This document shows positions 53,662 to 63,493 of a DNA stretch of 64,000 nucleotides, piece after piece. This DNA is from Nitrospirota bacterium. GTDB lineage: Bacteria; Nitrospirota; UBA9217. Under the pieces are notes generated by a model, which was not told the DNA's origin, did not search any database, and was given only the letters and a program-made list of their open reading frames with translations. Made by a program: the position numbers and the translations under genes. Position 1 is the first letter of the stretch, and every line of letters starts with the position of its first letter. The DNA is taken from the NCBI GenBank assembly GCA_963751455.1, contig CAVVUN010000015.1:1504001-1568000 (forward strand), written 5' to 3'.

Positions 53662-54333
53662 ATGATCATAGCTGAATGGAAACCCCTGTCCGAACTGGTG
53701 GAAAAGCTGAAGGGGCATTCCAAAGTTCTGGTTGCAGGCTGCGCGACCTGTGTCGCCGAATGCGCCGCCGGCGGTGAACGTGAAGTGGAGACCCTGGCGC
53801 CGCTGCTGCAGATGGCCCTGCAGAAAGAAGGCTGCACCGTTACTGTTCGTACCAAGACGTTGGAGCGTCAGTGCGAATGGGAATTTGTGGAACAACTGGC
53901 CGATGTGGTGCCCGAGGTTGACGCAATCGTGAGTCTTGCCTGCGGCATCGGTGTTCAAGCACTGGCCGAGCGGTTCCCTGATCTATCGGTTTATCCCGGA
54001 GTGAACACAACCTCTCTGGCAATCCGGCAAGAGCCCGGAATCTGGCTTGCACGGTGCGCCGCGTGCGGCGATTGCGTTCTGGGCGAGACCTTCGGCCTGT
54101 GTCCGATCGCCCGCTGCGCAAAAAGCCTGTCGAACGGGCCGTGCGGCGGAACGAGAAAAGACGGGAAGTGCGAAATTGACGAGAACATCGACTGCGTCTG
54201 GTACCAGATCTACCAACGGGCAAAATCCCGGGGCAAGGTAGAGCAGCTCATAAAAGTCCGGAAGCCCAAGAACTGGTCGAACTCAGGCCACGGGGGCCCC
54301 AAACGGATGGTACGGGAGGATTTGCGGTCATGA
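53662..54333 (+). CDS. metV: Methylene-THF reductase Fe-S/Zn subunit (MetV, MTHFR_C)
   Basis: GCATCVAEC, RQCE, SLACGIG, CAACGDC, CPIARCAKSLSNGPCGG and CVW motifs. Confidence 0.88.
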   Translation: MIIAEWKPLSELVEKLKGHSKVLVAGCATCVAECAAGGEREVETLAPLLQMALQKEGCTVTVRTKTLERQCEWEFVEQLADVVPEVDAIVSLACGIGVQALAERFPDLSVYPGVNTTSLAIRQEPGIWLARCAACGDCVLGETFGLCPIARCAKSLSNGPCGGTRKDGKCEIDENIDCVWYQIYQRAKSRGKVEQLIKVRKPKNWSNSGHGGPKRMVREDLRS

Positions 54334-55268
54334 CAAAAGCGGGTACCAGACTGGAAAAAACACTGCGCGCCGGGCATTTTGCCGTGACGGTCGAAGTGGG
54401 GCCGCCGCGCGGCGCTAATCCTGAAGATGTCGTGCGCAAGGCACGGACGCTCAAAGGCATTGCCGACGGATACAACGTCACCGACAACCAGACCGCAGTG
54501 GTGCGCTTGTCGAGCATTGCCGGCGCCCGGCTTCTGCTGGATGCCGGATGCGAGCCCGTCATGCAGATGACCTGCCGCGACCGCAACCGTATTGCCCTGC
54601 AGTCGGACCTGCTGGGCGCCTGGGCATTGGGAATGCGTAACTGCCTCTGCATTTCAGGCGACCATCAGAAAGCGAGCGCATCCGGAAAACTGAAAGGTCA
54701 TCCCGGCGCCAAGAACGTGTTTGACGTTGATTCGATCCAGTTGATCTCAATCATGAAAGATATGCGCGATGCGGGCGTTCTGGAGAGCGGGGACCCTATC
54801 TCCAGCCCCACGCCGTTTTTTATCGGTGCTGCGTGGACGCCGCTTGCACCGCCCGAGGAGTTCCGCGTACTGCGGCTTCAAAAGAAGATCGAGGCAGGTG
54901 CGGATTTTATTCAGACGCAGGCCGTATTCGACATGAAGCGGTTTGCGGCTGCGGTTTCAGCGGCGCGGGAGAGGGGCCTCACTGATAAAGCCGCCATTCT
55001 TGCGGGCATCATCGTTCCGAAATCAGCAAAGATGCTCGAATACATGAACGCCAATGTGCCGGGCGTGGAGGTTCCGGAATCCCTGATCAAGCGAATGGCC
55101 GGGGCCGCGAACCAGCGTGAGGAAGGGTTCAAGATTACAGTTGAGTTGATCCAGGCTGCCCGGGAGATTCCCGGTGTGAAGGGCGTGCATCTGCAGGCCA
55201 TCGAATCCGAAGAGGTACTGCCGGAGATCCTCAAATCTGCCGGACTCCTGCCGCGACCGCAAGTGTAA
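54330..55268 (+). CDS. metF: Methylenetetrahydrofolate reductase
   Basis: EVGPP, NVTDN, QMTCRDRNRIALQSDLLGA and KKIEAGADFIQTQ motifs. Confidence 0.9.
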   Translation: MTKAGTRLEKTLRAGHFAVTVEVGPPRGANPEDVVRKARTLKGIADGYNVTDNQTAVVRLSSIAGARLLLDAGCEPVMQMTCRDRNRIALQSDLLGAWALGMRNCLCISGDHQKASASGKLKGHPGAKNVFDVDSIQLISIMKDMRDAGVLESGDPISSPTPFFIGAAWTPLAPPEEFRVLRLQKKIEAGADFIQTQAVFDMKRFAAAVSAARERGLTDKAAILAGIIVPKSAKMLEYMNANVPGVEVPESLIKRMAGAANQREEGFKITVELIQAAREIPGVKGVHLQAIESEEVLPEILKSAGLLPRPQV

Positions 55269-55351
55269 ACTGACTCGGCCAAGTTTGAGCCAAAAAAGTC
55301 ACGGTATCGGTTACAACGCCCGTTTCGGTGAGCGGTCTATTTTTGGGCCAA

Positions 55352-55365
55352 GGCAACCATGTGCC
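55352..55365. promoter_or_regulatory. Second candidate NrpR operator
   Basis: GGCAaccatgTGCC in the intergenic gap upstream of the glutamate synthase genes. Confidence 0.5.
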
Positions 55366-55429
55366 GTAAAACCCGATAGCAAGAATTTGATCCGTAGCTG
55401 ACTACGTTCCCGGATGGTAATAAAACGAT

Positions 55430-58396
55430 ATGTCGAAGAAATATCACATCAAAGTTGAAAATGCGCCGGCCCGCTTTCCGGCCGTGGCCCGGTATTCCCA
55501 GTTGGAAACCGAGGGGTGTCTGGGCTGCCTTAAGTGCGTAAAACGTACCTCGTGCGTTTACTCCGTTCACGAAAAGCGCTCGTTCGATCCGGCCCAGATC
55601 GTGGATAAGGCCGATGCCGCGTGCGTGGGCTGCATGCAATGCGTCCAGGAATGCAAGAAGAACATTCTCAGCCGCGCAAAAAATCCCCGGTACGAAAAAA
55701 TGGGGAATGAGTACTGGACGCCGGCGCTCATTGCCGGCATCTGGAAGCAGGCAGAAACCGGCAAGATACCCGTATCCGGCGCCGGGTACCGCGGCCCGTT
55801 CAGCGGCCCGGGGTTCGATCGGATGTGGACCGACATGTCGGAAATCGTCAGGCCTACCCGCGATGGAATTCACGGCCGCGAATATATCAGTACGGTCATT
55901 GAACTCGGCCGAAAGCCCTCCAAGCTTGTTTTCGATGCTCAGGGCGGCATGGTGACCGAGCCTCCGCTGTTCATCGAACTGCCTCTTCCGATTGTAGTGG
56001 AAGCTCCGCGGTTCCCGCATGTATCGTCCCAAACAATCGAAGCCCTTGCCCAAGCAACGCATCGGAGCGGGACATTGATGCTTGTCGATGTGAAAGCCGC
56101 GCAGAATATTTCGCCCCGCCTGAGAAGCCGTGTGATGGTTATATTTAATCCGGAGAGGGATGATCCGGCCATTCTTAAAGACGTTCCAGCGGCCCAGATT
56201 GCCTATTCGGCAACCGTGCTGAAAGATATACAGAAACTAAAAAATGCAAAGCCTGATCTTGTTGTTTCCGTGCGCGTTCCCCTTGATGAAAATGCGGTAA
56301 AGCTTGCCAGCAAGCTTGCTCTTGCCGGGGTTGAGATTATCCATCTGTATGCGGATGCAAACGGCAGGGGAGTAAAAAACCGAAAAGCCGATTTTGTGAC
56401 CACGCTGCTGAAGGAAGTGCATTTCAAACTGGTCGATGAAGGCGTGCGCCAACAAGTGACAGTCCTGGTTTCCGGCGGCATTGCCATGGCCGAACATGTT
56501 GCCAAGGCGATACTCTGCGGGGCTGACGGCGTGGGCGCGGACATTGCGGTTTTGATCGCGATGGAATGCCGTTTATGCAAGGAATGCAATTCTGCCATTG
56601 CCTGCCCGGTAGACCTGGGCACGGTCCCGGTGGAATGGGCCGAGAAGCGGATCGTGAACCTGCTCGGTTCGTGGCACTCCCAACTGATCGAACTGATGGG
56701 CGCCATGGGTATCCGCGAGGTACGCCGTTTGCGGGGAGAACTGGGCAGGGCAATGTTTTTTGAAGACCTGGAGCGGGAGAATTTCGGCCCGCTGTTCGGA
56801 GAACGGGTGACGGGAAACCATGCAAAACCGCTGGTACTTCGTGACACCCCGCCGCCGGTTCACGGCAACGGACACGTGGAAACGCCGGGCGGTATTCATC
56901 TGGAAGTCAAAACCACTCCTTCCCGCTATCGCAACAAGTTCGGCAAGTTTAAAGTTGTGCGGACTTCCGCCTGCATTGCATGCGGTAAGTGCGCCGAGGT
57001 GTGCGCTTACGGCGTTCTGGTCAAGGCCGGCAGCCGCATGCTTGCCCCCAAATCTCATTTGTGTGTGGGCCGGGAACATTGCCGAAGCAAAAAACGGTTC
57101 TGCGCCGACAATTGCCCGAAAACTGCCCTGCGTGTAGGCAGAGATCCGGTTTTCGAAACGCTCGGAGATTCGCGGTGGACCCCGGATCTTCTGCTGGCGA
57201 CCTGGCATCAGGCCGAGACCGGCCGTCCGCCGAAAGGCGGACTGGAGTACCGGGTGGGAAATTCGGGCGGCGGGTTCGATTGCATGGACTTCAATTTCCC
57301 CGAGCAGCATCCGGATCCTTCTCTGAAGCCGCAGGACATAGACTTGTCCATTCCGCTTAATCGCAGGAAGGACGGCCGGCCCGAGGTGAAGATCGGGTTC
57401 CCGGTCTACGGCGGCGGAATGAGTTTCGGGTCCGTGAGCCTCACCACTATCGTTTCACGAGCGCGTGCGTACACAGCGATGAATTCATTCACCTGCACCG
57501 GTGAAGGCGGTTATCCGGAGGAGCTCAAACCGTACGATGATCATGTTATTACTCAGGTGGCGACCGGGCTGTTCGGAGTCCGCGAGGAAACCATTCAGCG
57601 GGTGCGCATCGTCGAATTCAAATATGCGCAGGGCGCGAAGCCGGGTCTCGGCGGTCACCTGCTCGGCGACAAGGTAACGCCTTCAGTGGCGAAAATGCGG
57701 GAAGCCGTGGTCGGTTCGGCCCTCTTTTCTCCGTTCCCGTTTCACTCGGTCTATTCGGTGGAGGACCACAAAAAGCATGTCGATTGGATGAAGGTGATCA
57801 ATCCCCGCGCCCTGGTTTCGGTCAAGGTTTCCACGCCTTCGGACGTGGACATGGTGGCCGTCGGTAGTTTTTACGCAGGCGCAAACATCATCCATCTTGA
57901 CGGAAGCTATGGAGGCACCGGCGCCGCACCGGACATCGCTAAAAAGAATATCGCGATGCCGATAGAATACGCCATACCCAAAGTGCACCGTTTTCTGATG
58001 AACGAGGGGATCCGCGACGAGATGACGCTGATCGTCTCGGGCGGCTTGCGTACTGCCTGGGATGTTGCCAAGGCGATTGCGCTTGGCGCCGACGGCGTCG
58101 TGATCGGCACGGCAGACATGGTGGCGCTCGAATGCATCCGGTGCGCAAATTGCGAGAGCGGACGGGGGTGTCCGCGCGGCATAGCCACAACCGATCCTGT
58201 ACTGACCAAGATGTATGACGAGGCGTGGGGCTCGCAGAGGCTCATAAATCTTTACCATTCCTGGATGCTGCAGCTCCAGGACATTCTCTGGCGTTTCGGC
58301 ATGAAGAGCGTGCGGGAACTGGTGGGTCGTTCGGACCTGTTAACGCACCGCGACTACGAGAAACGCACGGAATACCGGCGGGCGGAGTCAGGGTAA
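55430..58396 (+). CDS. Glutamate synthase subunit with two ferredoxin plus FMN-barrel modules
   Basis: CLGCLKC/CVGCMQC and CIACGKC ferredoxin motifs; second barrel has GGMSFGS, TGEGG, QVATG, KYAQGAKPGLGGHL, DGSYGGTGA and CIRCANC. Confidence 0.88.
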   Translation: MSKKYHIKVENAPARFPAVARYSQLETEGCLGCLKCVKRTSCVYSVHEKRSFDPAQIVDKADAACVGCMQCVQECKKNILSRAKNPRYEKMGNEYWTPALIAGIWKQAETGKIPVSGAGYRGPFSGPGFDRMWTDMSEIVRPTRDGIHGREYISTVIELGRKPSKLVFDAQGGMVTEPPLFIELPLPIVVEAPRFPHVSSQTIEALAQATHRSGTLMLVDVKAAQNISPRLRSRVMVIFNPERDDPAILKDVPAAQIAYSATVLKDIQKLKNAKPDLVVSVRVPLDENAVKLASKLALAGVEIIHLYADANGRGVKNRKADFVTTLLKEVHFKLVDEGVRQQVTVLVSGGIAMAEHVAKAILCGADGVGADIAVLIAMECRLCKECNSAIACPVDLGTVPVEWAEKRIVNLLGSWHSQLIELMGAMGIREVRRLRGELGRAMFFEDLERENFGPLFGERVTGNHAKPLVLRDTPPPVHGNGHVETPGGIHLEVKTTPSRYRNKFGKFKVVRTSACIACGKCAEVCAYGVLVKAGSRMLAPKSHLCVGREHCRSKKRFCADNCPKTALRVGRDPVFETLGDSRWTPDLLLATWHQAETGRPPKGGLEYRVGNSGGGFDCMDFNFPEQHPDPSLKPQDIDLSIPLNRRKDGRPEVKIGFPVYGGGMSFGSVSLTTIVSRARAYTAMNSFTCTGEGGYPEELKPYDDHVITQVATGLFGVREETIQRVRIVEFKYAQGAKPGLGGHLLGDKVTPSVAKMREAVVGSALFSPFPFHSVYSVEDHKKHVDWMKVINPRALVSVKVSTPSDVDMVAVGSFYAGANIIHLDGSYGGTGAAPDIAKKNIAMPIEYAIPKVHRFLMNEGIRDEMTLIVSGGLRTAWDVAKAIALGADGVVIGTADMVALECIRCANCESGRGCPRGIATTDPVLTKMYDEAWGSQRLINLYHSWMLQLQDILWRFGMKSVRELVGRSDLLTHRDYEKRTEYRRAESG

Positions 58397-61047
58397 TGAA
58401 AACTAAGATGAACACTATTTACAATTCGTGGCGCGGTACGGGCCGAGATCCGCGCTTCCCGGAAATTATTGCCGCATCGCGGGCCGGCCTTTTGACCGGC
58501 GCAGAACATGTACGGGAAAAAGACGCTGAGGAAGGCGGCTGCGGCGTGGTCGGGTTTGCAGCCACTGTGCCGGTGCGCGGGCGCCATATTTTCGAGCCGT
58601 CCATCCAGATGCACAACCGGGGTAACGGCAAAGGCGGCGGGATTGCTGCCGCTTCTCTTGAACCCGGGTACCTGGGAGTGGATGACGCGACCCTGCAAAA
58701 CGATTATATCCTCCAGATTGCGCTGATCGATCCGACCGCCGAGAAAGAGGTGGAGAAGTTCGGCATTGCCCCGTGGCTCCAGGTGGACCACAAAACCCGC
58801 ATACAACCCGTTGCGGACCACCGGGATGTCGGCCTGGATGTAAAGCCGCCGGATATCGTGAGATACTTTGTGCGCGTCAAGGACAAGGTGCTCAGCAAAT
58901 TTGCCAAGGAGCACGGATTGGAAAAATCCGACAGACGCCTGGTGGAGGATGAATTCATTTTTCGCAACAGTATTCAGATCAACCGCCGTTTTTACGCCTC
59001 CTTGGGCAACAAACGCGCCTTTGTAATGTCCCATGCGCGTAATCTCGTGATTTTCAAGATCGTGGGGTATGCTGAGCAGGTGGTGCAGTATTATCAGCTC
59101 TCCGATATGCGGGCCAGAATCTGGATCGCGCATCAGCGCTATCCCACCAAAGGCCGGGTATGGCATCCTGCGGGCGCACATCCGTTCATCGGGATGAATG
59201 AAGCGCTCGTCCATAACGGTGACTTTGCCAACTATTTCGGAGTGACCGAATACCTGCGGCAGCATAACCTCGTTCCCAATTTTTTGACCGATACGGAAGT
59301 CTCAGTTCTTCTTTTCGATCTGCTGACCCGCGTATACAATTATCCGCTTGAGTATGTGATCGAGGCAATGGCGCCTACGACAGAGAATGATTTCGATGCA
59401 TTGCCCGAACCGAAGAAGAAGATATACCGGGCCATTCAGGCGCAGCACATGCACGGATCGCCCGACGGCCCGTGGTTCTTCATCATCGCTCGGAGCAACC
59501 CGGACCAGCTTCAGTACCAGCTTCTGGGTATCACCGACACCTCAATGCTCAGACCGCAGGTGTTCGCGATCCAGGAGGGAGACGTATCCATCGGCCTGGT
59601 CGGTTCTGAAAAACAGGCCATCGATGCCACATTGAAATCCCTGGCCGAGGAGGACCCGCGCTTCCGTCATGTTGCCGACCGGTACTGGAATGCGCGCGGC
59701 GGCAGCCACACCGATGGCGGCGCGTTCGGTTTTACGGTAAAGACGGTCAACGGTAATACGATGCTTTCCTGTGCCGACAAATTCGGTAACCCCATCACTG
59801 CGCCGGCCGGTCAGTGGAGAATCGACGAGAAGGGGAGCATTACCATAGCTGAACAATGGCGCACCCGGATCGCAAACGGCCTTTCAAGCGGCAGCGCTGC
59901 CGAATTATTCAAGGATCTGACTACTGAGTTTCGCTCCTGGGGTCTTGACCAGGTTCGCGAAGCAATTGACGAGATTTGCACGGCTGCCGGCGGCGGTGAT
60001 CGGAATTTAGAGGCGGCTCTGGAGGTGCTCTCGCTCCTGCAGGACCGCCGATACGATTGCGGCCCCAATAAAAGAAGCGCGATTCTCCACCTTATTCAGG
60101 GAGGGATTGACCGGCTTCTTGACTCGGTGCCGGCAATAACAAGCAACGGCTCCGGCCGATATCGCCGGGTGGATTTCTCCACACGCAATCAGCTTGCTGC
60201 GCCGCGGAGAGAAGACGCTATTCTGGTGGTCTTCAGCCGGGATTTCCAGCCTGAGGGGGACGATTGCGATGCCTTGCTGATGGTCCAGGCATACCGGCAG
60301 GGCTGGAAGCGGTTCATCGTGTACGGGCTGAAGGGTCAGCGGTTCACCGGATGCAGCTTCGGACCTGCATCCGATGGGGTCCGCATCGACGTATACGGCA
60401 GTTCAGGCGACTATATAGCATCCGGCATCGACGGAATGGAACTCCATATTCACGGCAACGGCCAGGACCAACTCGGTCAGATACTCAAACGCGGTACGCT
60501 CGTGGTTCACGGCGATGTGGGCCAGGCGTTCATGTATGGTGCAAAAGGCGGCGAGATATTCATCATGGGCAATGCAGCCGGCCGTCCGCTGATCAATGCA
60601 GCGGGCCGTCCGCGCGTCATCATCAACGGAACCTGCCTCGATTTTCTCGCGGAGTCTTTTATGGCCGGCGATCCCTTCAACGGCGGCGGGTTCGTTGTGC
60701 TGAACGGAATAGAATTCGACGACCGTGGCACGGTCCGCGACCAGCATTCGCCGTACCCTGGAGCAAACCTTTTTTCGCTTGCCTCGGGCGGGGCAATTTA
60801 CGTACGGGACCCTCATTCCACAATCGGCAAAGATAAGCTGAACGGCGCCGAGTTCGCCGAAATGACCAATGAGGATTGGAACCTGATTGAGCCATATCTT
60901 CGTAAAAACGAGCTGCATTTCGGTATTTCCATCGAACGAGATCTGCTCGTTATTGACGGCAAACCCAGTTCGCCGCTGTCGGTCTACCGGAAAGTGCGTC
61001 CGGTGAAAGTGGCGGCCCTTGCGAAGCAAACTGTTCCTGCTGATTAA
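58396..61047 (+). CDS. Glutamate synthase amidotransferase (Ntn) plus GXGXG subunit
   Basis: CGVVG nucleophile, HNRG, AHQRYPT, AHPF and HNGD motifs; C-terminal GxxGD/GAKGG repeats; translationally coupled (TAATG). Confidence 0.88.
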   Translation: MKTKMNTIYNSWRGTGRDPRFPEIIAASRAGLLTGAEHVREKDAEEGGCGVVGFAATVPVRGRHIFEPSIQMHNRGNGKGGGIAAASLEPGYLGVDDATLQNDYILQIALIDPTAEKEVEKFGIAPWLQVDHKTRIQPVADHRDVGLDVKPPDIVRYFVRVKDKVLSKFAKEHGLEKSDRRLVEDEFIFRNSIQINRRFYASLGNKRAFVMSHARNLVIFKIVGYAEQVVQYYQLSDMRARIWIAHQRYPTKGRVWHPAGAHPFIGMNEALVHNGDFANYFGVTEYLRQHNLVPNFLTDTEVSVLLFDLLTRVYNYPLEYVIEAMAPTTENDFDALPEPKKKIYRAIQAQHMHGSPDGPWFFIIARSNPDQLQYQLLGITDTSMLRPQVFAIQEGDVSIGLVGSEKQAIDATLKSLAEEDPRFRHVADRYWNARGGSHTDGGAFGFTVKTVNGNTMLSCADKFGNPITAPAGQWRIDEKGSITIAEQWRTRIANGLSSGSAAELFKDLTTEFRSWGLDQVREAIDEICTAAGGGDRNLEAALEVLSLLQDRRYDCGPNKRSAILHLIQGGIDRLLDSVPAITSNGSGRYRRVDFSTRNQLAAPRREDAILVVFSRDFQPEGDDCDALLMVQAYRQGWKRFIVYGLKGQRFTGCSFGPASDGVRIDVYGSSGDYIASGIDGMELHIHGNGQDQLGQILKRGTLVVHGDVGQAFMYGAKGGEIFIMGNAAGRPLINAAGRPRVIINGTCLDFLAESFMAGDPFNGGGFVVLNGIEFDDRGTVRDQHSPYPGANLFSLASGGAIYVRDPHSTIGKDKLNGAEFAEMTNEDWNLIEPYLRKNELHFGISIERDLLVIDGKPSSPLSVYRKVRPVKVAALAKQTVPAD

Positions 61048-61100
61048 AACCCTACCCTAACGTGGGCACTCAGGCCCCGAAAAGCCAAACACGAATTAAA

Positions 61101-61134
61101 GCCTGTCAGACTAGGTTATCTGACAGGTTTTTTT
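61101..61134 (+). terminator. Intrinsic terminator
   Basis: cctgtcaga...tctgacagg stem plus T run. Confidence 0.8.
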
Positions 61135-61354
61135 ATTTGATGACGAGTCCAAATGCATTGGTTGCGGCTTTGTGCCGGTGTCAGCCCATGCGCGCGTGGG
61201 AGAAATAGCCCTTTGCCCGGACATGGTGAAGGGCTTTTTATTATTTGAAATTCATATTGATGCAATGGAAAAAATATTATATGCTATATGCGGATGATTC
61301 TGATTGGCAGAACCGTCTTATTATCATTCGGGAAATCGGTATAAGGAGCAAACC

Positions 61355-62099
61355 ATGCCGGAACAGTTCAAGATCACCTATCAATTCAGATTGAGCAGCG
61401 GAATCGAAAAGAAATTTACTCTCGTGCTTGACGGCAAGACGCTCTCTTTGATACAGGAACAGAAAAATGACCGTCCGGAATGGGCCCGCCTGGAGTTTCA
61501 TCAGTGCGCGAACTGTCCGCTTAATACTACCCTTACACCCTATTGTCCGATTGCAGTCAATCTTTCCGGTGTTGCCTGGGAATTCGGGGAAATTACCTCT
61601 GAAGAAAAGGCAGCCATTACCGTCGTTGTAAAAGAACGTGCCTATTTCAAGGCGGCGATCAATACAGGAGGGGCTGAGCCCTCTGCTCGGCATCATCATG
61701 GCATGCAGCGGATGTCCGGTCATGGAACCGCTCAAGCCGATGGTCCGCTACCACCTCCCATTCGCAAGCCTGGATGAGACAGTCTTCAGGATGACTTCAA
61801 TGTTCCTGATGGCGCAATTCTTACGCAGCCAGTCAGGCAAAAAACCTGAATGGAAACTGGATGGTTTGGCAAAAATATATGCAGAGGTCAAAAAATTGAA
61901 CAAGGACTTCGGGAAAAGAATGATAACGGCGGCACGAAATGATGCAAACGTTCATGCACTTGTAAATTTGAACGTTTTCGCGGTCATGGTGCCGATGAAG
62001 GCTGAAAACATGATGAAGGAGATCGCGCCTTACTTCTCAGTCTTACCTGAGGTAGTCGGGTTTATTTGTCAAAGCCCCGGGAGCAAAGGTACTAATTAA
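61355..62099 (+). pseudogene. Cys-rich conserved hypothetical protein (DUF6901-like) with a frameshift near 61657
   Basis: PEWARLEFHQCANCPL...CPIA continues as SIQEGLSPLLGIIMACSGCP...HLPFA in the +1 frame. Confidence 0.7.
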
Positions 62100-62221
62100 G
62101 ATCACTAAATAAGTCGCTTGAGTACGCCTTTTTGACATCAGGAAAAGGCGGTGCTAACCTCTAAATGAGGACCATAAAAGTCCTTGATATGAGTCTCTAT
62201 GAACTTAAGAGGAGGTGCTCT

Positions 62222-62488
62222 ATGTCGTACTTAATTCAAAGCCCGCATACTGACGACGAGTGTTTGAAGGCCCTTGATGAGCAACTGGCGATGGGGCCGG
62301 AGGTGCTTGATAAATTTTACTTCGGGTGCAATGCCGGGGACCATACCGGCTATGCAATCGTGGACGTGAACAGCGAGGGCGAAGCTAGGGATCTGGTTCC
62401 GAGTTTTCTCATCGGTAAAACGCGCATAATAGAAGTCGGACAATTTACTCCGGAAATGATCCGCTCTGCTCACAGCAAAGCCGCATAG
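62222..62488 (+). CDS. Small conserved hypothetical protein
   Basis: RBS aggagg; PHTDDEC...GCNAGDH motif. Confidence 0.7.
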   Translation: MSYLIQSPHTDDECLKALDEQLAMGPEVLDKFYFGCNAGDHTGYAIVDVNSEGEARDLVPSFLIGKTRIIEVGQFTPEMIRSAHSKAA

Positions 62489-62562
62489 TTTATCTCTCGC
62501 TTTGGGGATCCGGCCGGGGGTTACACCCTGTCCGGATCTCGCTTTTCGCCATCACGGATGAG

Positions 62563-63120
62563 TCACAGCGCAGGAACTGAAACAGGAACCTGGTTCCTGA
62601 TCGGTTTCATGCTTTTTAGATATGCAAATACAGCCTTGAGATCCTGATCCGAGAGTTTGGCATATTCTGACCATGGCATGGGTGGAAGAATATCCCGTCC
62701 CGACCCCATGAATTTTCCGGTTCTCAGAATCCTTATGAACAGGTCCTCAGTCCATGTTCCCGTACCGGTTTCCGGATCAGGTGTAAGGTTGGTAGAATAG
62801 CTGGTTCCCCACATTCCGACCCACCCCGTAAAATATCTGCTCGCCAGTGCGCCCCATTGATCAGGACCGATGACTGTTGGAGGAACAGCAGGCAATTTAT
62901 CGCCTGCCGGGTGTCCGGAAAGAAGGCGCCCCTTGTCAGGCAAGGGACCCGTTGGCGTCATTGTTTTCGGCGAATGGCAGTCATTGCATCCCGCAGCCGT
63001 TACCAGGTAAAGTCCTCGTTCTACGGAGCTTTCCGCTTTCCGCTTCGCCGCGGCTCCCTCTTGAGCCGGAAGAAGAATGATCAGCGCTGCAATAAAACAT
63101 CCTGCAAGCAAATTCATCAT
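62563..63120 (-). CDS. Periplasmic c-type cytochrome
   Basis: Signal peptide; CNDCH heme motif; NLTPD...G and PPMPW. Confidence 0.88.
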   Translation of the reverse strand: MMNLLAGCFIAALIILLPAQEGAAAKRKAESSVERGLYLVTAAGCNDCHSPKTMTPTGPLPDKGRLLSGHPAGDKLPAVPPTVIGPDQWGALASRYFTGWVGMWGTSYSTNLTPDPETGTGTWTEDLFIRILRTGKFMGSGRDILPPMPWSEYAKLSDQDLKAVFAYLKSMKPIRNQVPVSVPAL

Positions 63121-63493
63121 GGTATCCTGCTGCTTTGGTAGAAAAATGCGTTCATTGCCTTTATATCGGTTTCGGGAACGACCAAACGGATTAGTTTATA
63201 TCTAACACCCGCTCTGACTCGAGTCAACAGCCACGAAAGTACTTTTGTCGAATGTTGAAGGCGTATTGATGAACTAGTTCAAGGTTAACCTTAGTTTCGC
63301 ACTGATGGCTCACATTACCGGTCGAAGTTATTTAATATTCTAGCGGGGCCGAGCGAATTGCATACTGTCCGTGGACTCCGTTTCGATGCCCTCTGACAGC
63401 CTCATGATTGACATACGTCTTGACTGGAAATACAATTAAGGAAAATCAGCATAGTGCGGTCCATTCTCGGCCAAAATAAAGCGGAGACAATTT

